Notes: a model not told the origin generated them from the sequence alone. A DNA stretch of 64,000 nt from an uncultured Candidatus Saccharibacteria bacterium (GCA_964599285.1 CAZREI010000002.1:9955-73954); one strand, 5' to 3'; positions 52,576 to 62,437 are shown, counted from the first letter of the stretch. Numbers and translations: made by a program.

Positions 52576-52741
52576 TTTACTATTGTAGCATATTCTTTTT
52601 CAATGAAAAAGAAAGCAAAACAAAAATAGCAAAGTGGCGGCGCCCGAAGGCGCCGCCACTTTTTTCACATCCGCGTTAATCCGCGTTTCGCCAGCTGGCG
52701 AATATCCGCGTAAATCCGCGAATTTTACGAAGTAAAATTGA

Positions 52742-52963
52742 TTAGCAGCACTTGCACATCCCTGCCTTATTGGCCCACTTCATAAAACCTCCAATGATAA
52801 CCAAAATTGGCCAAACAATTGCCGAAAATCCGGCGGTCACAACGCCCAAAGCTTGCAACAAAAAGGTCAAACCAAACAAAATGATCAGCACCGGTACTAC
52901 TTTATGATGAGGGCACTTGCACATATTTTTCATTCCCCCACCCATATTTTGCATATTTTCCAT
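52742..52963 (-). CDS. small Cys/His-rich membrane protein
   Basis: CKCPHH, two TMs, ends CKCC. Confidence 0.75.
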   Translation of the reverse strand: MENMQNMGGGMKNMCKCPHHKVVPVLIILFGLTFLLQALGVVTAGFSAIVWPILVIIGGFMKWANKAGMCKCC

Positions 52964-53031
52964 ATTTTTTAAATGATAAATGATAATTAACAATCTATTA
53001 ATTATCGACCTTTACCTGATCATACCATAGA

Positions 53032-53463
53032 TTAAGACCAAAGTGCCAGCACTGATCCCATAATCAGCAAGGCAAGCAAGTAATACGCGTTCATCAAAAA
53101 CCAAAGTTTCCACGATTTTCCTTCCCAAAGCACCGACCCCAGCGTCACCGGAGCAATAAATCCCAGCCAACTCCAAAACCCCACCATCAGGCCTGCGCCA
53201 ATGCCCGCCGCCTGCAAATAAGCACTGGCAAACACCAAGCTGTGCGCCAACACATATCCCATGACCAGCGACCCGATAAAGGCCAGCAAATATCCTTTCC
53301 ACATGCCGCCCTTGGCTTTGGCAGCGTCCATGTGTTCTTTGGTCATGCCCATCAGCGACATCCAAAGTTTGCCAAATAAGGGCCCGTACCAAACAAAACC
53401 CAGCACCATATTGGCCAGAGCCGCCACCAAAATGGCCCAGTAATTTACGACAACTTGCACCAT
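53032..53463 (-). CDS. DUF1761 family membrane protein
   Basis: NYWAILVA, WYGPLFGK.W. Confidence 0.9.
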   Translation of the reverse strand: MVQVVVNYWAILVAALANMVLGFVWYGPLFGKLWMSLMGMTKEHMDAAKAKGGMWKGYLLAFIGSLVMGYVLAHSLVFASAYLQAAGIGAGLMVGFWSWLGFIAPVTLGSVLWEGKSWKLWFLMNAYYLLALLIMGSVLALWS

Positions 53464-53647
53464 ATTTTTAAAAATTCCAAATTACAAGCACCAAATTACA
53501 ATAGCGAATTGGAATTGGGATGCTGCAGTTTGAAAGATTTATATTTTTTCATTATACCACGCTAATCTTGACATGCCTATTGCAAGCATTGAAAAAATGG
53601 CTTACTATAAAACTGCGAATAAGGGAAATGGTTCATTAAAAATACAT

Positions 53648-54010
53648 TCCGGTGTAGCTCAGCGGTAGAGCGATTCCCTGTCAACAAGGCAGCGCTCAGA
53701 AGAAACTCTGAGATGAACTTTTCGGGATATCGGTGAACCCTTCGACATTAATTGTCATGGCGATACCGAGGGAACCTAAATAATTTATTTGGGGCTCCGT
53801 AGAGACTAGATACCGAAATGCCTAATGTAGTTATTAGTTAGAAGTTTAAAGTTATAGTTATTAGTTCTTGGTTTAAAACTGAAAACTAAAAAACTTAAAC
53901 TTGGAACTTAAAACCAAAAACTGCCACGGCAAAGATATAGTCCACGCCTTGTGGAAACACAAGAATAAAGTGTAAGGAATGGGTCGTAGGTTCGAATCCT
54001 ACCACCGGAG
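53648..54010 (+). tRNA. tRNA-Asn(GTT) split by an intron (exons 53648-53681 and 53973-54010)
   Basis: joined exons give acceptor tccggtg/caccgga, anticodon arm attcc-ctGTTaa-ggaat, T arm gtaggttcgaatcctac. Confidence 0.93.
53682..53972 (+). ncRNA. group I intron (291 nt) at anticodon position 35/36
   Basis: P1 ctgU.Gcag, R element gtagagacta, S element aagatatagtcc, terminal G. Confidence 0.92.
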
Positions 54011-54070
54011 CAAGACAGGATTTGCTTCGTACAAATCCTCAATTTTAATTTCATTTTGTGCTGTTTTGAG

Positions 54071-54484
54071 ATGAACTTTATGTCGTTGTTGAACTCAAAA
54101 AATATCGTTGCTTTAGGAATCATTGCTTTTTTAGTAGTGAGCATTTGGAGTTTATCTACCATGTGCATAATGGACATGAGCGGCCATATGGTAAATTGCC
54201 CATTCATGAACGGCTCATCAGGTTTTTGCCAGATGACCCTAACCGAGCATATCAGCCTTTGGCAGCAAACCTTTTCTTTGATAAAAATAAAAGATTTGTT
54301 TTTATTGTCTTTGCTGGTTTTTCTTTTTTCTGTTTTAGGTGCTGCGATCAGAAAAACCTACTACCAGTTAGAATCTCAGCCGTTTCGTCACTATTTTTAT
54401 AGGTATCGACCGGAAATAAAATTATTTAACCATCTGGAGCTGGCTTTTTCAGACGGCCTCATCCACTCAAAAATCTACGCTTAA
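54071..54484 (+). CDS. Met/Cys/His-motif membrane protein upstream of the copper operon
   Basis: TM, MCIMDMSGHMVNCPFM..CQM, TM, ends FSDGLIHSKIYA; start uncertain. Confidence 0.7.
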   Translation: MNFMSLLNSKNIVALGIIAFLVVSIWSLSTMCIMDMSGHMVNCPFMNGSSGFCQMTLTEHISLWQQTFSLIKIKDLFLLSLLVFLFSVLGAAIRKTYYQLESQPFRHYFYRYRPEIKLFNHLELAFSDGLIHSKIYA

Positions 54485-54612
54485 TATTCGAAGCTGCCTT
54501 TTGTTTTTGTCAGCTCTCTTTACATACTAACTTTCATTGCGAAAGATTATTGTAAAAGAGAGCTGTAAGGCAGTTTTTTGTTAAACGTTTTCAGGGTAAA
54601 GTTAATCAAAAC

Positions 54613-55656
54613 ATGAATAAGGAACAGACCTATTTTATCAAAGGCATGCATTGCTCGGCCTGCGAAATACTCATCGAAAAAAAGCTCCTGGCAATTCCCG
54701 GGGTGAAATCCGTTGATGCTTCCCTATCCAAGGGAGAAGCGATAATTGAATACGATGGAGAAAAGCCGACAACTGAAACGCTCAACGACATGTTCAGGAA
54801 AGACAATTACACTTTTTCTGAAGATCGGCAGTTAGTAAGTAGCCAAGTTCAAGAGAAAAGCAAAGAATCAATAAATCCAACGCTGCTTGGATTGGCAATA
54901 GCCATGGTCATTGTGACAGGATTTTTGGTGCTGGATCGTCTGGGAATATCGGGGTTGCTCAATATCAGCTCAAAATCTTCGGCCATCACTTTTTTTGGTT
55001 TTGGAATCATAGCCGGCTTGTCCTCCTGTGCCGCGTTGGTAGGAGGTATCGTGCTATCTATGTCAAAGCAATGGCTCCAAATGTATAACTCCCAGCAAAG
55101 CAAAATAAAAAAACTCGAGCCGCACTTACTGTTTAATGTTGGCAGGGTTCTATCTTACGCCGTACTGGGCGGAGCGCTGGGATTGATTGGGGGCAGGCTG
55201 CAAATATCGGTAGGGCTTACTACTACATTGGTCATTGTCATTTCTGTCCTCATGATAGGGTTGGGATTGCAAATGCTCGAAGTAAAAGGGTTTCGGAGAT
55301 TTCAATTTTCAATGCCAAGATTCATTACCCGAGGCATTGCCAACGAAAATAATTTTAAGGGAAAGTATATGCCGTTTGTTATGGGGGCCGCCACCTTTTT
55401 TCTGCCTTGCGGTTTTACCATCACCGCTCAAACGATAGCATTGTTATCGGGAAACGCGTTGCAGGGAGGTTTGATTATGGGGTTTTTTGCCTTGGGAACT
55501 TTGCCCATGCTTTTGCTTATTGGATTATCAAGCGTTGCCTTTTCTTCAAAGCCTCGCTTAGCATTAATCTTCTCAAAAGTTGCCGGGTTCTTGGTGTTGT
55601 TCTTTGCCTTGTATAATATTTACCATCAATTAATACTATTAGGATTAATCAAATAA
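54613..55656 (+). CDS. HMA domain plus DsbD_2/TauE-like membrane protein
   Basis: GMHCSAC, SSCAALVGG, FFLPCG. Confidence 0.88.
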   Translation: MNKEQTYFIKGMHCSACEILIEKKLLAIPGVKSVDASLSKGEAIIEYDGEKPTTETLNDMFRKDNYTFSEDRQLVSSQVQEKSKESINPTLLGLAIAMVIVTGFLVLDRLGISGLLNISSKSSAITFFGFGIIAGLSSCAALVGGIVLSMSKQWLQMYNSQQSKIKKLEPHLLFNVGRVLSYAVLGGALGLIGGRLQISVGLTTTLVIVISVLMIGLGLQMLEVKGFRRFQFSMPRFITRGIANENNFKGKYMPFVMGAATFFLPCGFTITAQTIALLSGNALQGGLIMGFFALGTLPMLLLIGLSSVAFSSKPRLALIFSKVAGFLVLFFALYNIYHQLILLGLIK

Positions 55657-55661
55657 AAATT

Positions 55662-56078
55662 ATGCAAAAAAATAACCTCATTCAGCCGATATTAATTTCA
55701 GTGATCCTGATTTGCGTACTCATTTCAGGATATATTCTTGTAACTTCAAACAAGCAAACTGCAAGCCAGGGCGCGAGCGCCTTGGCACCCATGGTCAATG
55801 GCAAGCAGCTAATCCAAATGACGGTAAATGCGGTAAAATATAATCCCAATTCATTTACCGTAAAAGCCGGCATTCCGGTAAGCTGGCAAATTACTTCATC
55901 GGGCGAACCGGGATGCGATAGCGGAGAGGTAATCGCGCGCGGTTTAACTGATCCGATTTTTTTAAATCCCAATCAGGGGCAAGTTACTATCAAAGAATTC
56001 ACTGCGCAAACTCCAGGCACTTATCAGTTCGGTTGCCCGATGGGTATGGTACTTGGCACCATTGAAGTAGTAAATTAA
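55662..56078 (+). CDS. cupredoxin-domain protein
   Basis: PGTYQFGCPMGM. Confidence 0.88.
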   Translation: MQKNNLIQPILISVILICVLISGYILVTSNKQTASQGASALAPMVNGKQLIQMTVNAVKYNPNSFTVKAGIPVSWQITSSGEPGCDSGEVIARGLTDPIFLNPNQGQVTIKEFTAQTPGTYQFGCPMGMVLGTIEVVN

Positions 56079-56090
56079 CATCAAAAATCC

Positions 56091-58394
56091 ATGACTCATA
56101 AAACATATCAAATTAAGGGAATGCATTGCGCTTCTTGCGCGAGCATCATTGAGATGGCTTTTAAGGAAACGGAAGGAGTCGCCTCCGCGCAAGTCAACTA
56201 CGGCACGGAAACCGCCAAAGTTTCTTTTGATCAATCAAAAACAAGTGTGGAAGCGCTTTCAAAGAAAATAGAACCTTATGGCTATTCCATTATCATGCCA
56301 ACGGCGGAAGAAATGGGCATGTCTACTGATGAACACGCCGCTCACACCGGCATCGGGCAATCAAAAAAAGAAAAACTAAAGGAAATTGCGGAGCAAAAAA
56401 CCATGGTCATGTCGGCCATTCCGCTGGCCATTGTCAGTATTTTTGCTATGACTTGGGAAACGCTGGCTCAATTCAATTTAGTGGCGCAGCAGCCGTTTGC
56501 CGTGGCAGAATTTTTTAGTCACCTACTACCGATTATGGCTACCTACGTTTTGTTTGTGGTGGGAAAGCCGTATTTACTCGGCATGTATCGGTTCCTGCGC
56601 TATGGCAAAGCCAATATGGATACATTGATTGGGCTCGGTACTTCAGTCGCTTTCCTGTACAGCTTTATTGTTACTGCGTTCACCAATTCAATGGCTCATA
56701 CTTATTACGATGTCACCATTGTGGTTATTACGTTCATTGCTCTGGGCAAATATCTTGAAGCCCGGGCTAAACTAAAAACAGGAGATGCTATTGAAAAGCT
56801 GCTGAACCTTCAAGCAAAAACGGCCTTAGTGATCCGGGACAGTAAAGAGCAAAAAGTTTCTATTAATGATGTGGTGCATGGGGATTTATTAATAGTAAAA
56901 CCGGGAGGAAGAATTCCCGTTGACGGAACTATTACCCAGGGAACTTCTTTTGTTGACCAAGCCATGATCACCGGCGAGCCCATGCTCGTTGAGAAAAAAT
57001 TGGGAGACCAAGTGGTTGCCGGCACCATCAATACCACTGGCAGCTTCACATTCAAAGCCACAAAAGTTGGGTCTGAAACGTTGCTATCTCATATTGTGAA
57101 AATGGTTCAGGAGGCACAGGGAAGCAAAGCTCCCATCCAGGCCTTGGCCGATAAAATCTCGGGCGTATTTGTGCCGGTAGTACTGGTGATTTCTTTTATT
57201 ACGCTTGGAATATGGCTTACGATTGGAACTCATTACCTAGGTTTTGCTGAAGCATTATCCTTCGGCCTAACTTCGTTTGTGGGAATCTTAGTCATCGCCT
57301 GTCCATGTGCTTTGGGATTGGCAACACCGACGGCAATTATTGTCGGCGTAGGCAAAGGAGCCAAAGAAGGCATTCTCATTAAAGATGCGGCAACGCTGGA
57401 AAAACTTCACAAGGTAAATACCGTGGTTATGGATAAAACCGGGACGATCACCAAAGGAAAAACAGAGCTTACGGACATTAAGAATTATTCCTTCCTTCGC
57501 CAAGGCTTCGGCGGGCAGGCAAAACTGGATGATAAAAAAGTAATATCCATCCTGGCTTCGCTCGAAAAAAATTCAGAGCATCCGATCGCCTCCGCAATCA
57601 CTAACTACGCAAAAGAAAAATCCATTGAAACAATAACGGTAGAAAAATTCGAAATCATCAAAGGCAAGGGGCTCAAAGGAATTGTTGATGGCAAGGAATA
57701 CTTCGCCGGAAATGCAAAACTTATCTTTGATCTAAAAATTCCTTTTGATGCCAAAAGCATTGAAACGGAAACCCGACAAGGGAAAACGCCGGTGATTCTT
57801 GCAACCCAAAAAGAGATCATCGGCGTCGTAATGATTGCTGACGCCATAAAACCAGAAGCAATCGATGCTGTAAAAAATCTGCACAAGATGGGCATTAAAA
57901 TCGTGATGCTTACCGGCGATGATAAAAATACCGCACAGGCAATTGCTAAAGAAGTTGGCATCGATAAAGTGATCTCGGAGGTGTTACCTGAAGATAAACT
58001 CAAAACTATCAAGGAGCTGCAGCAGAAAGGCGCGGTGATTGCCATGGCAGGTGACGGAGTAAATGATGCTCCGGCGCTAGCACAAGCTGACGTCGGCATT
58101 GCCATGGGGACAGGCACAGATGTTGCTATTGAAACCGCTGGCATTACACTTTTGCACGGCGATATTTCAAAGCTGGTCAAAGCGGTGCGCCTTTCAAAAA
58201 TGACGATGCTTGGCATCAAGCAAAATCTCTTCTGGGCGTTTATTTATAACATAGCAGGAATCCCGATCGCCGCCGGCATCTTATATCCATTCTTTGGAAT
58301 ATTGCTTTCACCGGTGTTTGCGGGATTGGCCATGGCATTTTCAAGCGTAAGCGTGGTTGGAAATAGTTTGAGGATTAGAGGGAAGAAATTGTAG
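56091..58394 (+). CDS. copA: P1B-type copper-translocating ATPase
   Basis: GMHCASC, TGE, CPC, DKTGT, SEHP, GDGVND, YN..P, M..SS. Confidence 0.95.
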   Translation: MTHKTYQIKGMHCASCASIIEMAFKETEGVASAQVNYGTETAKVSFDQSKTSVEALSKKIEPYGYSIIMPTAEEMGMSTDEHAAHTGIGQSKKEKLKEIAEQKTMVMSAIPLAIVSIFAMTWETLAQFNLVAQQPFAVAEFFSHLLPIMATYVLFVVGKPYLLGMYRFLRYGKANMDTLIGLGTSVAFLYSFIVTAFTNSMAHTYYDVTIVVITFIALGKYLEARAKLKTGDAIEKLLNLQAKTALVIRDSKEQKVSINDVVHGDLLIVKPGGRIPVDGTITQGTSFVDQAMITGEPMLVEKKLGDQVVAGTINTTGSFTFKATKVGSETLLSHIVKMVQEAQGSKAPIQALADKISGVFVPVVLVISFITLGIWLTIGTHYLGFAEALSFGLTSFVGILVIACPCALGLATPTAIIVGVGKGAKEGILIKDAATLEKLHKVNTVVMDKTGTITKGKTELTDIKNYSFLRQGFGGQAKLDDKKVISILASLEKNSEHPIASAITNYAKEKSIETITVEKFEIIKGKGLKGIVDGKEYFAGNAKLIFDLKIPFDAKSIETETRQGKTPVILATQKEIIGVVMIADAIKPEAIDAVKNLHKMGIKIVMLTGDDKNTAQAIAKEVGIDKVISEVLPEDKLKTIKELQQKGAVIAMAGDGVNDAPALAQADVGIAMGTGTDVAIETAGITLLHGDISKLVKAVRLSKMTMLGIKQNLFWAFIYNIAGIPIAAGILYPFFGILLSPVFAGLAMAFSSVSVVGNSLRIRGKKL

Positions 58395-58563
58395 CGGATA
58401 ATTTTTACTCCTCCCTGACCAAAGGCTTCTCCATTTGCATAATATCGGCGTCGGGGAAGCGCAGTAGGTCTTCCCATTTGGTGTTTATGAACTCGTTCCA
58501 CTTCGGGAGCAGTGAAATCAGAACGCCCCTTGCGGGTGTTTTTGATTTCACTTGATTCGTTGA

Positions 58564-58697
58564 GGTAGGAGTCGAACCTAGGATGGGGTCGGGAAGGAGA
58601 AGTCCTTCCCGTGTAGGAAGCCTTCAAAACCGAGGGTTTTGAAAAAGGATCGAAGTGACGCTGGTTCAAGTAAAACGGAGTCCTACCACCGGAGCCA
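58564..58697 (+). mobile_element. inverted T-arm copy, structured scaffold and displaced tRNA-Asn 3' end (att-like)
   Basis: tcctaccaccggagc at 58681-58695 equals 53997-54011; scaffold matches the rpsJ and rpmB copies. Confidence 0.8.
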
Positions 58698-59033
58698 TCG
58701 TATACGAATAGAGGCGAGAGCCTCTGTTTTGTTCGTAAAATCGCCTGTTTTTGCCAGTTCTAACCTTAAATACTCTGCTTGTAGGGCAGGATAGCCTTCG
58801 CCGATAGGTTGTAGCCACTCTTTTGGCTCAATAGTTAGATTTTTGTTCTTAATTATGGGCTTTTCTCCCAAGCTCATTAAGATTTCTTTCTTCAATTCTA
58901 ACCCTCTTTCTAAAAACTTGATTCTGGCGTAGGCGGCAAAGTGAAAAGTTTTTTCATTTATCTCAAACCAATGCTCGACTCGGGCTTCGGTTTCTTTTAC
59001 CAGATTTTTTAGCTTGTTTATTTTTGCCGCTAG
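58683..59033 (-). pseudogene. C-terminal remnant of a probable large serine recombinase
   Basis: frame reads ..WFEINEKTFHFAAYAR..KKEILMSLG..WLRW* into the tRNA duplicate; no N-terminus; family recognised from memory only. Confidence 0.55.
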
Positions 59034-59107
59034 TAAACCTATATTAAAAGTAAAATAAAGCCCCCAATCAGTTTCCGTAGAAACCGACTAGGGGCATGTT
59101 GAAAGAA

Positions 59108-59518
59108 CTACCTGATGCTTGAGTTGCTCACGCTACTCAAACTGCTCTCCTCACGAACGTTGTTGATAGCACCGTTGCTATGAACATCGTGAGGCGTGTC
59201 GTTGACTGATCGAAACGGTGTCAGTTTGATGACCACGCCGCTTACGATTGCGGCGATGGCCACGATCACGAACACCGAGACGAAAAGGTCAATGACAACC
59301 CACTGCGAAACAACCACGGGCTGGTAAATCACGACGAGCGTGATCGCCACCCAGTGGCTGGTGCAGTAAGAGCATGACACAAGCTCACCGAGCCAGGTGT
59401 TTTTCTTGGCACTCCATTCCCTTGCGGAAGCGAAGAGCCGAGATTTGGAGGTGGTCACCGAAATCGCCGCTGTCGCCAGAGCGAGAACGATAACCTGATA
59501 CAAGCCGTTCAGATCCAT
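59108..59518 (-). CDS. DUF1360-like membrane protein
   Basis: LGELVSCSYCTSHWVA; AAAGGAGG SD. Confidence 0.8.
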   Translation of the reverse strand: MDLNGLYQVIVLALATAAISVTTSKSRLFASAREWSAKKNTWLGELVSCSYCTSHWVAITLVVIYQPVVVSQWVVIDLFVSVFVIVAIAAIVSGVVIKLTPFRSVNDTPHDVHSNGAINNVREESSLSSVSNSSIR

Positions 59519-59533
59519 TGCGCTACCTCCTTT

Positions 59534-59737
59534 CTAGCAGGTACATCCGCCCTGGGACTTGGACTGTTCGCGACGCATTTGTTCGTTGATGCTGTCGGCC
59601 AGCTTCAGGGCTTTGTCCACCCCGGCCAACACATCGTCAACCTCCGGAACCTGGTCGGAAATGTCAGTCGTCTCAAGAGACGAACTGCCACCTGGACCCG
59701 GCCCTTTGGTTTTCTTGCGGAACCGATCTTGGAGCAT
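59534..59737 (-). CDS. Pup/UBact-like small protein ending GGCTC
   Basis: disordered N-terminus, VDDVLAGVDKAL helix, C-terminal GG; AAGGAG SD; follows the ARC-like ATPase. Confidence 0.6.
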   Translation of the reverse strand: MLQDRFRKKTKGPGPGGSSSLETTDISDQVPEVDDVLAGVDKALKLADSINEQMRREQSKSQGGCTC

Positions 59738-59749
59738 GGATGTTTCTCC

Positions 59750-61487
59750 TTACGCCTTGGCCTGGCGAAGCTTCTGAATGCCCACGACTTCCTCGCGGAA
59801 ATCATGGACGAAATCAGAGAGTTCGTCGGTGTGGTTGAGGTCACGGTTTTGTTGTTCCACCAGATCCACTGCCACCACCAGATCGTCCTTGCGCATCCCT
59901 TCCGGCTTTTTCTTGGAAAGGTCGCGTTGCAGAGCAATCGAAGTGGCTTGGTCGATGATACTCACGATCATCCCACCGTTCACGATGTGACCGAGGGTGA
60001 AATCGCAGACACCATCTTTCTTCTTGACTTGGTAGAGCACCCGACGAGACGAGAACACCTCGTCACTGCCGAGCTTTGCCAGCTCCTCGCGCGTGTAACC
60101 GTTGTTAAGCGGCACTCGCTTGAGGTTGAGCTGGAAAATGTCCACCGCGCCTTGCGGAGTCGGACGCCCAATCTTGATCTTGCGATCAATGCGCCCGTCA
60201 CGAACCACAGCCGGGTCGAGGATGTCGGAGCGGTTCGTGGCCAGAATGACCAGAGCGCCCGAATCTTCGAGACCGTCCATTTCCGTCAGGAACATGGGAA
60301 CGATCGTGCGTTCCACATCCGAGCTGATGCCCGAACCGCGCTTGGACAAGATCGCGTCGGCTTCGTCGATGAACACCACCGCCGGATAGCCATGCGTTTC
60401 CTTGTGCTTGCGCGCCCGCTGGAAGATTTGACGAACCGTTGCTTCGGCCATACCCACGAAACGATCGAGAATCTCGGGACCCTTGATGTAGATGAATCCC
60501 GCAGACTTCGAGCCGCCGTTGTAGATCTTGGCCAGAGCTGTCGCCGTCGCCTTTCCCAGCATGGTCTTGCCGCATCCCGGAGGGCCATAGAGGAGAATTC
60601 CCTTTACTGGCTTCTTGCCGTAGAACCGGAAAATATCCGGGTTCCTGTGTGGAAGCTCCACGGCTTCGATCATCTGTTTCTTGGCTTCCGCCAAACCACC
60701 GACATCGTTCCAAGTGACGTTCGTTTCAGCCGAAAAGCTGAAGCGTTCGTCGTCTTTCCCGAGGTTGCGGATGATGACGCTGGCCGTTCCGTCAAGCACG
60801 ACGCGGTCGCCCTTTTCGAGCGCCTTGCCGAGCTTGCCGTTGAAAACGACCCGAACCGAAGACTGGTAGTCCACTTCCGAGAACATTTCGTCGATCACGC
60901 GTCGCAGGTAGCCGATGTCACCGCCCAGTTGCGTTGCCGCAACGTCGACGATTTGCATCGTCTCCATAACGATCGTGACCGTGTCGCCAGGGTTGACCTG
61001 TTTGTCCTTCGGCAGAAGGACTTCGAGGAACTTCCCTTCGACGGCGATGAGGGCAGTGTTGCCATAACTAGCAGATGCCTTCTTAGTGTACCATCGTTCG
61101 ACATCTGCACAAAAATCGAGAAACACCTTTCCGTCGTGATCAGTGAAAATCTTGGAGCCCTGAAAACCCGCCACCACATGCTTCTTGGCCTTCATGACAT
61201 GGGAGGTAAGACCCACATCGGGTTTAATCTCAAGCTCATCACCCACAGCGTAACCCCGCAACGTCCTGACGATATTATCCACTTTTTCAGTGCTGCCGTT
61301 CACCATAACAATGGACGAAGGGATTTTTACCTCCCTCTTCACTTCCACCGCCACCACCGTCGCATACGCGAAGGGGGGGGGTAGTGAGCTGTTCGAGCAT
61401 CTCCTTCTGTTCGAGGAGCTTGGCTTTCGCCTGCTCGAGAGCGTCACGGAGCTTCTGGACCTGTTCTTGGACTTCACGTTCGTTCAT
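59750..61487 (-). CDS. ARC/Mpa-like proteasome-associated AAA+ ATPase, frameshifted at a C9 tract (61373-61381)
   Basis: coiled coil..PP, GPPGCGKT, IKGPEIL, FIDEAD, ATNR.D.LDPA..R.GR.D. Confidence 0.85.
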
Positions 61488-61774
61488 GACTGACCTCCTG
61501 ACCTGACGTTCGCGGTTTGATCTTCAACGGGATTTTGCAGGCATACGTCAACTGCTCGCAAAACTTTCGCCCCCGCTGGATCGTCAATCGTTCCGATGGC
61601 AAAGTGAACATTCAGTCCCCTTGCCAACTCCAGTCCTCCCCGGACCGAAGCTACGATTAGTTTTTGTCCGTCATGGGAACTGGTCGGATCCTTCACGCGC
61701 ACCTTCCAGACTGTTCGTCCTTTCGATGGCGTGTCGAACCCGACGACGAACCCATTGGTTCTTTTCGGGTTCAT
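61484..61774 (-). CDS. hypothetical protein, first gene of the ARC module
   Basis: AAAGGA SD; ATGA overlap with the ATPase start. Confidence 0.7.
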   Translation of the reverse strand: MNPKRTNGFVVGFDTPSKGRTVWKVRVKDPTSSHDGQKLIVASVRGGLELARGLNVHFAIGTIDDPAGAKVLRAVDVCLQNPVEDQTANVRSGGQS

Positions 61775-62002
61775 GACTGGTTCCTTTCTGAACTAGTGAC
61801 CGATTTACCAAAAGACCGTCAGACCGTTTGACACCTCCTTTTAGTTTTCAAAGACCATTCCTAATGATCTCCAAGGCACATACCTTGAGATACCCCATCT
61901 TATCACATTGACAGTTTTATGTCAATAGTTTGTAGTAAAATAAAATCCCCTAGCGCTTTGTTTGCACTAGGGGATACTGTTGCCGACGGCGGTGCCGATG
62001 GC

Positions 62003-62437
62003 CTACGAAAAGATGTGCTCGACCAGTTCGGAGAGCGCCTTCTTGGCCTTGACCCACGGGTCGATGAGGACGACCTGCCAGTCCTTGCGGAGACCGACGT
62101 CGTCGCTGCCGACTTTGGGGAACTCGAGGCGGACGCAGGTCCAGAATGCCTTGTGAATGAGGTCTTCCTCGAGATGAACGGTCGCGTGCTCGCGGATGAT
62201 CTCCTTCTTTTTCTCCTCGGTGATCTTGTCGCCGAGTTCGGGAATCTCCTTCTGTAGCCGGGTGTGCAAAGCCTTCGTTTTCTCCTCGGCGCCCACCATC
62301 ACGACGTAGAGCTTCTTGAGATCGTCGGAAAGAATGCCCACGACTTCTTCGCCTTCCTCTACTCCGTAATCCGGAGACTTCATTCCCTTGAGAGAGACCT
62401 CGGATACCATTCCCATGACCTTCTTGAGAAACAACAT
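62003..62437 (-). CDS. hypothetical protein with own promoter and terminator
   Basis: TTGACA-17-TATAAT at 62521-62549 (minus), GGAGG SD, terminator 61943-61975. Confidence 0.7.
   Translation of the reverse strand: MLFLKKVMGMVSEVSLKGMKSPDYGVEEGEEVVGILSDDLKKLYVVMVGAEEKTKALHTRLQKEIPELGDKITEEKKKEIIREHATVHLEEDLIHKAFWTCVRLEFPKVGSDDVGLRKDWQVVLIDPWVKAKKALSELVEHIFS

Noticed and set aside
53908-54207. 99-aa minus-strand ORF as an intron-encoded endonuclease
   Set aside because: It is antisense to the tRNA exon and the downstream gene and has no nuclease motif.
58564-58585. Additional minus-strand tRNA (ggttcgactcc)
   Set aside because: Only a T-arm-like piece is present, without acceptor, D or anticodon arms; treated as the inverted target copy.
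59579-61384. 601-aa plus-strand ORF
   Set aside because: It is an antisense shadow of the GC-rich AAA ATPase gene with no motifs or expression signals.
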